From: an uncultured bacterium
Lineage (GTDB): Bacteria; Acidobacteriota; Thermoanaerobaculia; Multivoradales; JAHZIX01
Direction: 5' to 3'
DNA: 64,000 nt
NCBI GenBank assembly: GCA_965368975.1
Contig: CBDUPA010000021.1
Coordinates: 32,001-96,000 of the forward strand
The translations under genes were made by a program, and so were the position numbers. Below, one piece after another: positions 29,868-39,062 of this stretch. The notes beneath the pieces were generated by a model. The model saw only the letters and a program-made list of their open reading frames with translations. It searched no databases and was not told the origin of the DNA. How positions within the stretch are numbered: position 1 is the first letter of the stretch; the number at the start of each line of letters is the position of its first letter.

Positions 29868-30386
29868 TCAGAACCGCCAGCCGAAGCCGACGCTCAACTC
29901 AGTGTGCAGATCGTCTCGAGGCAGCGTCTCGATCCAGCGCACGCGTGCGTCCGGCCGGAAGTAGAAACGCTCCGTGATCGCCAGTTCCACGGCCATTCCA
30001 GCGTGCAGAGTGAACGACGAATCGTAGTCGTCGTCGAGATCACTGACCGCCAGCCAGCCCGGTCCGCCGAAAGCATAGAACCGGTGCCGAGCACCCGGAT
30101 TGAGACGGTATCGCGCCGAACCCTCGACGAACCAGGCCGTCAGGTCGCCTTCGAAGTCGACGTGCGAGAACACCCCTTCGAGCGACCAACGGTCCGACAG
30201 ACCGAACGCCAGGCGCGTCCCGAAGACGTCTTGGCGCAAGTCGCTATCGCCAAAGTCACTGTCGATGTAGAACGCCCCCGCGAACACTTCCACCGACCTT
30301 GGCTCCTCTTTCGCCTGCACCAAGGCAGGCCCCGACAAGAGCGCCAGCAGGGCCAGAATCACCGCGTGCTTGAAATCGTGCCACAT
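29868..30386 (-). CDS. Small outer-membrane beta-barrel protein (OmpA-like TM domain)
   Basis: GGGAGG RBS, signal peptide, amphipathic strands and C-terminal VGFGWRF. Confidence 0.8.
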   Translation of the reverse strand: MWHDFKHAVILALLALLSGPALVQAKEEPRSVEVFAGAFYIDSDFGDSDLRQDVFGTRLAFGLSDRWSLEGVFSHVDFEGDLTAWFVEGSARYRLNPGARHRFYAFGGPGWLAVSDLDDDYDSSFTLHAGMAVELAITERFYFRPDARVRWIETLPRDDLHTELSVGFGWRF

Positions 30387-30687
30387 ATGTACCTCCCGAG
30401 GATTTCTCGTTGTTGCCGGACGGCGGTGTTGCCGGCCGGTACGGGGGTACATCGCAAGAGGCATGCCGACCCAAGTCTGGCGTACCACTGCCGCAAGCCA
30501 CTGCAAGAAGGAGACTTCTGCCAAACCAAAGGACGCAGCACTAGGGAAGAGTGAGTCGTGAGCGTCTGATTCTCCAGACACCTGTCAATGGAAGCTCACA
30601 AATACACCGCGAGCCGGCGACGCACCTCTTGGCAGAGGAACGGGCCGGCTCGGCGCGAAGCGCTTCGAAGTTCGTGGAAGCAGTCCC

Positions 30688-31608
30688 TTACTTGGCCGCC
30701 TTCCAGACGTCGACGCACTCCTTGTAGTTGTCGGCGATGGCGCTGATCGCCTGCGCGTCACTGATCTCGCCAGCCAGGTACTGCGTGAGTGGTTCGCGGA
30801 AGATGGTGCGACCGACTGCGAAGCCGATGTAACCATCGACCGGGGCGGCGACGGCGAGCCACTTGTGGACGCTGGCCTTGTCCGAGCCACGACCGAGCAG
30901 GATGTTGCCGACCTTGGCACGCTCGGCACCGCGACGCGTGGCAGCAGCGACCTCGACGGCTTGCTCGCGGGTTTCGAGACCCTCGATCTTCCAGATGTCG
31001 GGCTCAACGCCAAAATCCTGGATCATGTGGATGGCGGTGACCATGTGCTTGGGGCGCAGCTCCTTGTCGTAGGCGTCGCCCATGGCCTTCTCTTCGTCGG
31101 TGAGCGCCGGTACCAGCAACTCGAACATGAAGTAATGGTCGTTGCCGTCGTGGATGTAATCCGACAACGCCTTGAGCCGTGCCAACTGCTCGCGATTGCC
31201 ACCCTCGTCGTCGTTCGGATGCAGGCGCACCAGGCACTTGACGAACCGTGGCTTGAGGAAGCGCAGGTGGTCTTGCCAGCGGCTGCCGTACTCGAAGTCG
31301 TAGAGAGGCTGACCGCTCTTCTCGGTGCACACCGCCACCGGAATTCCTTGACGCTGGGCGTCCAGGATCACCGGACCGCCGAACTCGGCGTCGACCAGCA
31401 GGCCGAGCTGATCGCGCGGTACGCCCTTGTCGATGGCCTCGAGCAGGCCGCGATAGACCAACATCTTGGCCTGGGTGACGGGCGTGCGCTCGTCCTTGCC
31501 AGCTGAGACGGCTGGCGGCCCCGACAAACCGAAGAAGCCTTTGGTGAAGCTGCCCCGGTGGTCGAAGGGTTGGACGAAAAGTGGCTTGTCGTATCCGATA
31601 TCCTTCAT
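30688..31608 (-). CDS. DUF2090 (IolC C-terminal aldolase-like) domain protein
   Basis: PFDHRGSF, EKSGQ..YDFEYG, FMFELLVP, GVEPDIWKIEG, LGRG and GFAVGRTIF. Confidence 0.85.
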   Translation of the reverse strand: MKDIGYDKPLFVQPFDHRGSFTKGFFGLSGPPAVSAGKDERTPVTQAKMLVYRGLLEAIDKGVPRDQLGLLVDAEFGGPVILDAQRQGIPVAVCTEKSGQPLYDFEYGSRWQDHLRFLKPRFVKCLVRLHPNDDEGGNREQLARLKALSDYIHDGNDHYFMFELLVPALTDEEKAMGDAYDKELRPKHMVTAIHMIQDFGVEPDIWKIEGLETREQAVEVAAATRRGAERAKVGNILLGRGSDKASVHKWLAVAAPVDGYIGFAVGRTIFREPLTQYLAGEISDAQAISAIADNYKECVDVWKAAK

Positions 31609-31693
31609 CTGTCTCCTCCGAGAGAATGGAAGTTGCTTGTGCCGGCGCAAGGCCTGGCAGTCTAGCAGATCGCCGGCGGGCCGCGACGCCGGC

Positions 31694-32854
31694 TCAGCGG
31701 TTCAGCAGCGTGGCGATCTCGGCGCGCCGGGCGTCGGCATCGCGCTCGCCGATGGCGATCAGGCGACGCAGATACTCGGGCTCGAACATCAGCATGCTGA
31801 GAAAGTCCGGGCTCTTGGTCTCGCGCGTGCCGAGGCCGCGGGTGAGGAAGCGGAAGGTCTTGGGCAGCTCCGGTTCGTGCTCGGCGGACAGGCGCCCCAG
31901 GTCTTCGGACGGACGGATCACCAGCGACTCGACGACGCGGAACGCGCCGCGCTCGTCCTCCGGCACCTTGGCGATCAGGTGGTTGATGCGCCGCAGGCGG
32001 GCGACGTCTTGGTCGACCAGGTCGAGAAAGACCGAATTCAGCAGCTTGCCCAGGATCTGCGCTGGCGGCGGGTAGCCATTGATCGTCGGCATCTCGGCCT
32101 CGGCCATCGACGCCTCGTAGCGCGTCGAGATGATTAGCAGCCGGTCCGCACCCAGGTGGATGGCGGGGGACAGCGGCGCGCTGAGCCGGATGCCGCCGTC
32201 ACCATGCCAAGCATCGCCGATGCGAATGGCCGGAAAGACGAGGGGCAAGGCGCTCGACGCCATCACGTGATCGACGCACAGTCGAGTATGGCGGCTGCGT
32301 CGCTTCGGGCGCTCCCAGGTCTGGATCTCGTCGCCCTGGACCCAGGTCACAGTCTGGCCGGTGCTGTAGTTGATGGTGGTCAGCGCAACGGCACGCAGGG
32401 GCGAGTTCTGCAGATTGCGCTCGATACCGATGATCTCGCCGTCGACCACGGTCAGGATGCGTTCGAGCAGACGCCGCAGTGGTGCGGTGTCGACCAGCCC
32501 GCGCACCTTGGGCACCAGTGCGCTGCCACCGGAGATCAGCCGCGTGCCCCAGCGCAGTACGGTGCGACCCAGGTCGAAGGTATCGACGTCGAGCACCTCG
32601 GGAAGCGTCAGGTGGCTCCAGATCTGCGTCAGCTCCTCCATCGCCTCGTCCAGTGGCCCGGGATGCGACGCCAGGTGAACGGCGTTGATGGCGCCGGCGG
32701 AAACCCCGGTGATGATCGGGAAGCAGGCTCCGGGATGCTGCCGTGCCAGCGCCCGCAGCACCCCGACCTGGTACGCCCCGCGCGCGCCACCGCCGGTGAG
32801 CACGATGGCCAGGCTGCCGTCACGGCAGGTGGGATGAGTCTCTGGGGTCTTCAC
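31694..32854 (-). CDS. Patatin-like phospholipase
   Basis: GGGARGAYQVG, GVSAG nucleophile and DGG motif. Confidence 0.92.
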   Translation of the reverse strand: MKTPETHPTCRDGSLAIVLTGGGARGAYQVGVLRALARQHPGACFPIITGVSAGAINAVHLASHPGPLDEAMEELTQIWSHLTLPEVLDVDTFDLGRTVLRWGTRLISGGSALVPKVRGLVDTAPLRRLLERILTVVDGEIIGIERNLQNSPLRAVALTTINYSTGQTVTWVQGDEIQTWERPKRRSRHTRLCVDHVMASSALPLVFPAIRIGDAWHGDGGIRLSAPLSPAIHLGADRLLIISTRYEASMAEAEMPTINGYPPPAQILGKLLNSVFLDLVDQDVARLRRINHLIAKVPEDERGAFRVVESLVIRPSEDLGRLSAEHEPELPKTFRFLTRGLGTRETKSPDFLSMLMFEPEYLRRLIAIGERDADARRAEIATLLNR

Positions 32855-32990
32855 GGCAGTTCCTCCGCGGGGTGGCTGGAATAGAGGGTGGCTCGAATAG
32901 ATGGGCTGTCATTATAAGCAGACCACCAGACACGTGCTCTCGACCCATTCCAGATGATCGGCTATGCTTGCGCCCGCTATGCAATCTGGA

Positions 32991-33854
32991 ATGTCCACCC
33001 AGCTCGGAGACCTCAAGCTCACCCTGGTGCAAGACGGCATCTTCCGTCTCGATGGTGGCGCCATGTTCGGCGTCGTGCCGAAGGCGCTGTGGAGTCGAAT
33101 CAAGCCAGCGGACGAGCTGAACCGCATTGCCATGGTCACCAACTGCCTGTTGGTGGAGCGGGGCGATGACCTGTTGCTGGTAGACACCGCCGTCGGCGAC
33201 AAGGGGGACGAGAAGTTCCGCAAGATCTTCGGCCTCGACGACGACGCGGTGCGCCTACCCCAGGCGATCGAGGCGGCCGGGTACGAGCTGGGAGACGTGA
33301 CGCACGTACTACTCAGTCACCTGCACTTCGACCACTGCGGCTGGAACACCCGTCGCTCTGGGAAGAGACACGACGGCGAGAACTGGGTACCGACTTTCCC
33401 CAAGGCGCGCTACTGGATGCAGCGCGGCGAGGTGGCGCACGCGCGCCAGCCGAACGAGCGCGACGGCGCCTCCTACGATCCGCGCAACTGGGAACCGCTG
33501 TTCGAAGCTGGCGTCGTCGAGTTGTTCGACGAAGACGCCGAGCCGATCGCGGGGATCCAGGCGATCCGCACACCGGGGCACAACGCCGACATGTGCATCG
33601 TGCGACTGGACGGCGGGGGCGAGCACCAGGGCGTCTTCTTCGCCGACCTGATCCCGACCGCCGCGCACGTGCAACTGCCCTGGATCATGGGATACGATCT
33701 CTATCCCTTGCAGACGCTGGCCAACAAGAAGCACTGGCTACCGCAAGCGGTGCACGGCGAGTGGCTGTGCATCTTCGAGCACGACCCGGACCTACCGATG
33801 GGCCGAGTGGTCGAGAGCAAGCCCGGCAAGTTCGGCACGACACCGCTGGGATGA
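32991..33854 (+). CDS. MBL-fold metallohydrolase (YtnP-like)
   Basis: FRLDGGAMFGVVPK, SHLHFDHCG, TPGH and WIMGYDLYP. Confidence 0.9.
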   Translation: MSTQLGDLKLTLVQDGIFRLDGGAMFGVVPKALWSRIKPADELNRIAMVTNCLLVERGDDLLLVDTAVGDKGDEKFRKIFGLDDDAVRLPQAIEAAGYELGDVTHVLLSHLHFDHCGWNTRRSGKRHDGENWVPTFPKARYWMQRGEVAHARQPNERDGASYDPRNWEPLFEAGVVELFDEDAEPIAGIQAIRTPGHNADMCIVRLDGGGEHQGVFFADLIPTAAHVQLPWIMGYDLYPLQTLANKKHWLPQAVHGEWLCIFEHDPDLPMGRVVESKPGKFGTTPLG

Positions 33855-33906
33855 CCATCCGCTAGCATGACCAAGCCGCTAGCAGAACCAGTCCGCTAGG
33901 ATGAAC
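33851..33906. repeat. Three imperfect 17-bp tandem repeats (CCGCTAG core)
   Basis: CCGCTAG at 33859, 33876 and 33893, intergenic and upstream of lpdA. Confidence 0.7.
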
Positions 33907-33973
33907 GTCAGCACTGCGAACACAGCTCCACCCGCCCGCAAACCCTGAATTTACCCGAGAAAGCACGCACGAG

Positions 33974-35389
33974 ATGGCTGATCAAGAGCTGGACCTGATC
34001 GTATTGGGCAGCGGCCCCGGCGGCTACGTGGCCGCGATCCGCGCCACGCAGCTGGGCCTGACCACCGCCGTGGTGGAAAAGGACCCGAAGCTGGGCGGCA
34101 CCTGCCTGCACCGCGGCTGCATTCCCACCAAGGCGCTGCTGCACACCGCCTCGACGCTCGACCAGGTGCGCAAGGCCGGCGACCTGGGGATCGAGGTCGC
34201 GGAACCGACGCTCGACGTCGCCAAGGCGCAGCAGAACAAGCAGAAGGTGGTCGACAAGAACGCCAAGGGCATCGAGTTCCTGTTCAAGAAGAACAAGATC
34301 CAGAAGCTGCACGGCTTCGGCCGTCTGACCGGTGCCCACGAGGTCACAGTCGAGAAGGACGGCACGACGACGACGCATCGTGCTCGCCACATCCTCGTCG
34401 CCACCGGCTCGGTGCCGCGCGACATCCCGATCGCGCCGGCAGACGGTGAGAAGGTGGTCAATTCGGACCACATCCTGAATCTGCAACGCGTGCCCGAAAC
34501 GCTGGTGGTGCTCGGCGCCGGTGCCGTGGGCACCGAGTTCGCCTCGATCTACACCTCCTTCGGCAGCAAGGTGACGCTGGTCGAGATGCTGCCGCGCATC
34601 CTGCCGATCGAGGATGCAGACATCTCCAAGGAGCTGACTCGGGTGCTCAAGAAGCGCGGCATTCAGGTACGCGTCGACACCAAGCTGCAGGCCTGCAAGA
34701 CGACCAAGAAGGGCGTGTCGCTGACGCTCGAGAAGGGCGGCAAGACCGAGACCCTGGACGCCGAGATGCTGCTGGTCGCGGTCGGTCGTGCGCCGGTATC
34801 GGCAGACTTGGGACTCGAAGCGCTGGGTGTGCAGGTGGAGCGTGGCTACATCGGTGTCAACGAGTTCATGCAGACCGCCGTGCCCCACATCTATGCCATC
34901 GGCGATGTGGTCAATACGCCCTGGCTGGCCCACGTCGCTTCGGCCGAGGGCATCCTGGCGGTCGAGCACATGGCCAATCAGAAAGGGGCCCAGGACGTCG
35001 ATCCGCGGCCGATCAACTACGCGCAGATTCCCTCGTGTACCTACTGCGAGCCGGAAGTGGCGAGCGTCGGCTTGACCGAGGCACAGGCCAAGGAAAAGGG
35101 CTACGACGTCCAGGTCGGTCAATTCCCCTTCTCCGCGCTGGCCAAAGCGGCGATCCTGGGCAAGCCCGAGGGCTTCGTCAAGGTGGTGCGCGAGACGCGC
35201 TACGACGAGTTGCTCGGCGTCCACATCGTCGGTGCCCACGCCACCGACCTGATTGCCGAAGCCTGTGTCGCGCTCAAGATCGAGAGCACCAACGAAGAGC
35301 TGCTGCGCACCATCCACGCGCATCCAACGCTATCCGAGGCGGTCGCGGAAGCGGCCCACGCCGCCACCGGCCACGCCATTCATATCTAA
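33974..35389 (+). CDS. lpdA: Dihydrolipoyl dehydrogenase (E3)
   Basis: GSGPGGY, GGTCLHRGCIPTK redox disulfide and HPTLSE. Confidence 0.97.
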   Translation: MADQELDLIVLGSGPGGYVAAIRATQLGLTTAVVEKDPKLGGTCLHRGCIPTKALLHTASTLDQVRKAGDLGIEVAEPTLDVAKAQQNKQKVVDKNAKGIEFLFKKNKIQKLHGFGRLTGAHEVTVEKDGTTTTHRARHILVATGSVPRDIPIAPADGEKVVNSDHILNLQRVPETLVVLGAGAVGTEFASIYTSFGSKVTLVEMLPRILPIEDADISKELTRVLKKRGIQVRVDTKLQACKTTKKGVSLTLEKGGKTETLDAEMLLVAVGRAPVSADLGLEALGVQVERGYIGVNEFMQTAVPHIYAIGDVVNTPWLAHVASAEGILAVEHMANQKGAQDVDPRPINYAQIPSCTYCEPEVASVGLTEAQAKEKGYDVQVGQFPFSALAKAAILGKPEGFVKVVRETRYDELLGVHIVGAHATDLIAEACVALKIESTNEELLRTIHAHPTLSEAVAEAAHAATGHAIHI

Positions 35390-35407
35390 CTCGGAGTCCG
35401 AAAAGCT

Positions 35408-36754
35408 ATGGCCACTGAAGTCGTCATGCCCCAGATGGGCGAGAGCATCGCCGAAGGCACCATCACCCGCTGGCTGATCCAGCCCGGCGAGAAGGTGGAG
35501 CGAGACCAGCCGCTATTCGAGATGTCGACCGACAAGGTCGACGCCGAAATTCCCAGCCCCGCGGACGGCGTCTTGCTGGAAATCGTCCACGGCGATGGCG
35601 AAACGGTCGGAGTCAACGAGGTGGTGGCCTACATCGGCGCCGAGGGCGAAAAGCCTGCGGCAGGTGCCGGCAAGCCCGCGGCGGATGCGGCTCGCTCCGA
35701 GGAGAAGGCCGCCGCTGCCGCGACCCAGCCGGAAACGGCTGGCGGCAACGGTAGCGTGACGCTCGAGGAGCGCCTACGCACCCACTCCAGCCCGCTGGTG
35801 CGCAACATCGCTGCCAAGGAAGGCATCGACCTGACACAGGTCCCTGGCACCGGCATCCACGGCCGCGTCACCAAGAGCGACATCCAGACCTACCTGGAGA
35901 CACCCGCCAGTGAGAGAGCCACCAGTGGGAGAGCCGCAGCCGCCAGCGCCAAGGCAACCCCGGCAGCAGCTTCCGCTCCAGCCCCAGCCGCGCGTCCGGT
36001 CGGCGACTTTCACGTACCTGCGTACACTGCGGGCGAGAACGTCGAGATCGTGCCGATGTCCAAGATCAGGCAGATCACGGCCGCTCACATGGCCTACTCC
36101 AAGGCCACCTCGGCGCACGTCTCGACCGTCTTCCACATCGACATGACGCGCGTCGACAAGGTCCGCAAGCGGGCCAAGAACCGCTTCCTGCAAGCCAACG
36201 GTACCAAGCTGACCTTCATGCCCTTCATCTTCAAGGCGGTCTCCGGCGCGCTGCGTGCCTACCCGCAGATCAACGCCGCCCTCGACGGTACCAACATCGT
36301 CTACAAGAAGGACATCAACCTCGGCATGGCCGTGGCACTCGACCACGGCTTGATCGTGCCGGTGCTGCGCAACGCCGACCAGCTCAGCCTGGCTGGCCTG
36401 GCCAAGGGCGCCAATGACCTGGCAGACCGCGCGCGCTCGAAGAAGCTCAGCCCCGACGAGATCAGGGGCGGCACCTTCACGATCACCAACCCGGGCGTTT
36501 TCGGCAGCCTCTTCGGCACGCCGGTGATCAACCAACCACAGGTGGCGATCTTGGGGATCGGCACGATCGAGAAGCGGCCGGTAGTGGTGACCGACGCCGA
36601 AGGCAACGACAACCTGGCGATCCGCACCATGTCCTACTTCGCCATCACCTTCGATCACCGCCTGATCGACGGTGCCGATGCGGACCACTTCATGATCCAC
36701 ATCAAGAACACGCTGCAAGACGAGACCTGGGACGAGCTGAAGCCCTATCTCTGA
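35408..36754 (+). CDS. sucB: 2-oxoacid dehydrogenase E2 (probably dihydrolipoamide succinyltransferase)
   Basis: Lipoyl domain MPQMGESIAEGT...STDKVDAEIPSP, E3-binding domain and DHRLIDG. Confidence 0.85.
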   Translation: MATEVVMPQMGESIAEGTITRWLIQPGEKVERDQPLFEMSTDKVDAEIPSPADGVLLEIVHGDGETVGVNEVVAYIGAEGEKPAAGAGKPAADAARSEEKAAAAATQPETAGGNGSVTLEERLRTHSSPLVRNIAAKEGIDLTQVPGTGIHGRVTKSDIQTYLETPASERATSGRAAAASAKATPAAASAPAPAARPVGDFHVPAYTAGENVEIVPMSKIRQITAAHMAYSKATSAHVSTVFHIDMTRVDKVRKRAKNRFLQANGTKLTFMPFIFKAVSGALRAYPQINAALDGTNIVYKKDINLGMAVALDHGLIVPVLRNADQLSLAGLAKGANDLADRARSKKLSPDEIRGGTFTITNPGVFGSLFGTPVINQPQVAILGIGTIEKRPVVVTDAEGNDNLAIRTMSYFAITFDHRLIDGADADHFMIHIKNTLQDETWDELKPYL

Positions 36755-36965
36755 GACTCAGCTCCCGTCACCCTCCTTGCCGAAGAGCACCGCCACTCTC
36801 GTGAGAGGGTGGCGAGATGCAGAAATTTCGTCTCGTTTGTCCCGCTTTCGGGGTCGAGCTGCACATAGAAAGTTTCTATCTGTGATTCGATCGACAGCGA
36901 GTCAAAAAATCCAACAAAGTTTGCCCCTCGTGTCACGCTTCGGCGCCGCCGCGCACTCCTACAAC

Positions 36966-37024
36966 GAAAGAAGTGGACCCTTCTGAGTATGCGGCGATCC
37001 AAAAAGGATGCGCCGCCTTTTTTT
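36966..37024 (+). ncRNA. Putative small RNA copy 1 (5' hairpin plus intrinsic terminator)
   Basis: AGAAG-UGGACC-CUUCU hairpin, then GCGGCG-AUCC-AAAAA-GGAU-G-CGCCGC stem followed by a U7 tract. The 5' end is inferred. Confidence 0.6.
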
Positions 37025-37172
37025 GTCTCCAAGACCCCCTCCGGCCCCCCCGCCCTCCGCGACCGTCTTTCTCCCATTTCCGAAAATCTCCCGCCTGACG
37101 GGCACTTCAAAGAAATTTCAGGAAATCTCTCTAGCGGTGTCACGTTTTGGCACCGGGGCGCACTCCTACAAC

Positions 37173-37232
37173 GAAAGAAGTGGACCCTTCTGAGTATGCG
37201 GCGATCCAAAAAGGACACGCCGCCTTTTTTTT
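37173..37232 (+). ncRNA. Putative small RNA copy 2
   Basis: Same conserved core, terminator stem and U-tract as copy 1. Confidence 0.6.
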
Positions 37233-37336
37233 GCCCAGAAAGCGCCCTGCCTTGCCCCCTTATCGCCACCACGGAATCAATCAAAAAATTCTCACCCGGC
37301 TTGTCACGCTTCGGCGGCGAGATGCACTCCTATAAC

Positions 37337-37395
37337 GAAAGAAGTGGACCCTTCTGAGTATGCGGCGATCCAAAAGGACACGCCGCCTTTTTTTT
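37337..37395 (+). ncRNA. Putative small RNA copy 3
   Basis: Same conserved core, terminator stem and U-tract as copy 1. Confidence 0.6.
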
Positions 37396-37448
37396 GCCCG
37401 AAGGCCCCGGGCAGGGGCCACGGCACGACGGCGCTAGAATGGGCGGCC

Positions 37449-38207
37449 ATGTCGGCACCCACCTCTCTCGATCCCGATCCCCGCCCTCTCCGGCTACACC
37501 GCCGTCTCCGGATACACAGGACGGACGGCGGCTTCCTCGGCCGCTTGGCCTACCAAGACGCCAACGCACTACAGACGCATCTGCGCGACGCCGTGCTGGC
37601 GGGCACGACACCCGAGCACCTGCTACTGCTCGAGCACCCGCACGTCTTCACCCTCGGCCGCAACGCCTCGCTCGACGACCTGCGCAGCAGCGAGGCCGAT
37701 CTGCAGCGCGACGGGATCGCCGTGGTCGAGACGGACCGTGGCGGTCAGATGACCTACCACGGCCCCGGTCAGCTGGTCGGCTATCCGATCCTCGATCTCA
37801 AGCCCGACCGGCAAGACATCCGGCGCTACATCCGCGATCTGCAGGAAGTGCTGATCCGGACGCTGGCGGACTTCGGCATCGAGGCCGAACGACGCGATGG
37901 CAAAGGCTTCGTCGGCGTGTGGGTGGGAGACGGCAAGATCGCCTCCCTGGGGGTGCACCTGAAACGCTGGGTGACCACCCACGGATTCGCCCTCAACGTC
38001 AGCACGGATCTCGACTACTTCCACCACATCGTGGCTTGCGGCCTTCCCGGGGTACCGCTGGTGTCGATCGAGCGCTTGACCGGAACACGACCGTCGCTGG
38101 AGCAGGTCGCCGAGCGGCTGAGTGGCCACTTCGCCAACATCTTCGAGCGACAGCTGGAGCCGGCGAACCTCAGCGCCCTAGGAGCGCCAGCGCCGATGCA
38201 TCCATAG
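37449..38207 (+). CDS. lipB: Lipoyl(octanoyl) transferase
   Basis: LLEHPHVFTLGR, TDRGGQMTYHGPGQLVGYP, KIASLG and HGFALNV. Confidence 0.95.
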   Translation: MSAPTSLDPDPRPLRLHRRLRIHRTDGGFLGRLAYQDANALQTHLRDAVLAGTTPEHLLLLEHPHVFTLGRNASLDDLRSSEADLQRDGIAVVETDRGGQMTYHGPGQLVGYPILDLKPDRQDIRRYIRDLQEVLIRTLADFGIEAERRDGKGFVGVWVGDGKIASLGVHLKRWVTTHGFALNVSTDLDYFHHIVACGLPGVPLVSIERLTGTRPSLEQVAERLSGHFANIFERQLEPANLSALGAPAPMHP

Positions 38208-39062
38208 CCACTGCTCCGGCTGGCGACGGATCTCGGCTTCGATCAGGCCCAGCAGTTGCTGGGTGGCGGCGAACTCTCCCTCGCGGCTGGCTTCGTAGTC
38301 GCGCAGGTCGATCGCCGGATCGATGCGCAGAAAGTAGCCGTCACGCCCCTCCGCCACGGCAAACACCGGCACCACCGGCGTGCCGGTACGAATCGCCAGG
38401 AAGGCGACCAGAGGCGTCGTCGGACTGGGATGACCAAAGAAAGGCACGTCGATGCCCCCTTCACGCACCCGCTGGTCGATCAGGATGCCGACACGCCCGC
38501 CCTTGCGCACCACCGTGCGCATGCGCTGGCCGGCGCCGCTCTTGAGGATGGTCTCGATACCGCAACGCTGACGAACGCGGTTGATGTCGCGGTCGACCAG
38601 CGGATTGTTGGGTGGTCGCACCACCAGGTGCAGTGACCCCATGTGATGACTGAGCGCATACGCCATCTGCTCGAAGGCTCCGAAGTGGCCACTGAGCACG
38701 AAGACACCGCGCCCCTGGGCATCGGCGGCGTCCAGGTTCTCCCAGCCCTCGACGCGAAAGCGCTGCTCTACCGTCTCCGGACGCAGATGCTCGGCGGTGG
38801 CGATCTCGCAGAAGGTGATGCCGAAGTTCTGGAAGCAGCCGCGAGCAATCGCGCGGTGCCGTGTTTCGCCCAACGCCGGCAACGCCAGACGCAGGTTGCG
38901 CAGCGCCAGGCGCCGCTTGGGAGCCAGCAGGTAGTAGGTCAAGCCCCCGAGACGGCGGCCGAAGCCACGGATGGAGGCCGGTGACATGGCCAGCAAGGAG
39001 CGCTGTACACCCCGGTAGAGGAGGTATTCGAAGCGGTAGTAGGCGTCGGAGCGGCGCGCCAT
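38178..39062 (-). CDS. Lipid A late acyltransferase (LpxL/HtrB family)
   Basis: SGHFGAFE, LIDQ, VPFFG and PEQWLWMHRRW. Confidence 0.9.
   Translation of the reverse strand: MARRSDAYYRFEYLLYRGVQRSLLAMSPASIRGFGRRLGGLTYYLLAPKRRLALRNLRLALPALGETRHRAIARGCFQNFGITFCEIATAEHLRPETVEQRFRVEGWENLDAADAQGRGVFVLSGHFGAFEQMAYALSHHMGSLHLVVRPPNNPLVDRDINRVRQRCGIETILKSGAGQRMRTVVRKGGRVGILIDQRVREGGIDVPFFGHPSPTTPLVAFLAIRTGTPVVPVFAVAEGRDGYFLRIDPAIDLRDYEASREGEFAATQQLLGLIEAEIRRQPEQWLWMHRRWRS

Larger units (their letters stand above)
36931..37396 (+). repeat. Three dispersed ~95-bp direct repeats (36931-37025, 37138-37233, 37302-37396) with unique spacers
   Basis: TGTCACG...GCACTCCTA(C/T)AACGAAAGAAGTGGACCCTTCTGAGTATGCGGCGATCCAAAA(A)GGA..CGCCGCCTTTTTTT occurs three times. 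Confidence 0.95.

Noticed and set aside
33908-36718. Long antisense ORFs opposite lpdA and sucB (and similar ones throughout the window)
   Set aside because: These are shadow ORFs expected from high-GC codon bias and carry no motifs.
36745-37357. ORFs overlapping the repeat array (e.g. 36989..37357 +, 36745..37284 -)
   Set aside because: The repeat copies fall in different frames, there is no RBS or recognisable domain, and conservation follows RNA/promoter structure rather than codons.
36931-37396. CRISPR array interpretation of the triple repeat
   Set aside because: The repeats are ~95 bp, the spacers are long and unequal (about 112 and 68 bp), each unit ends in a terminator, and no cas genes are present.
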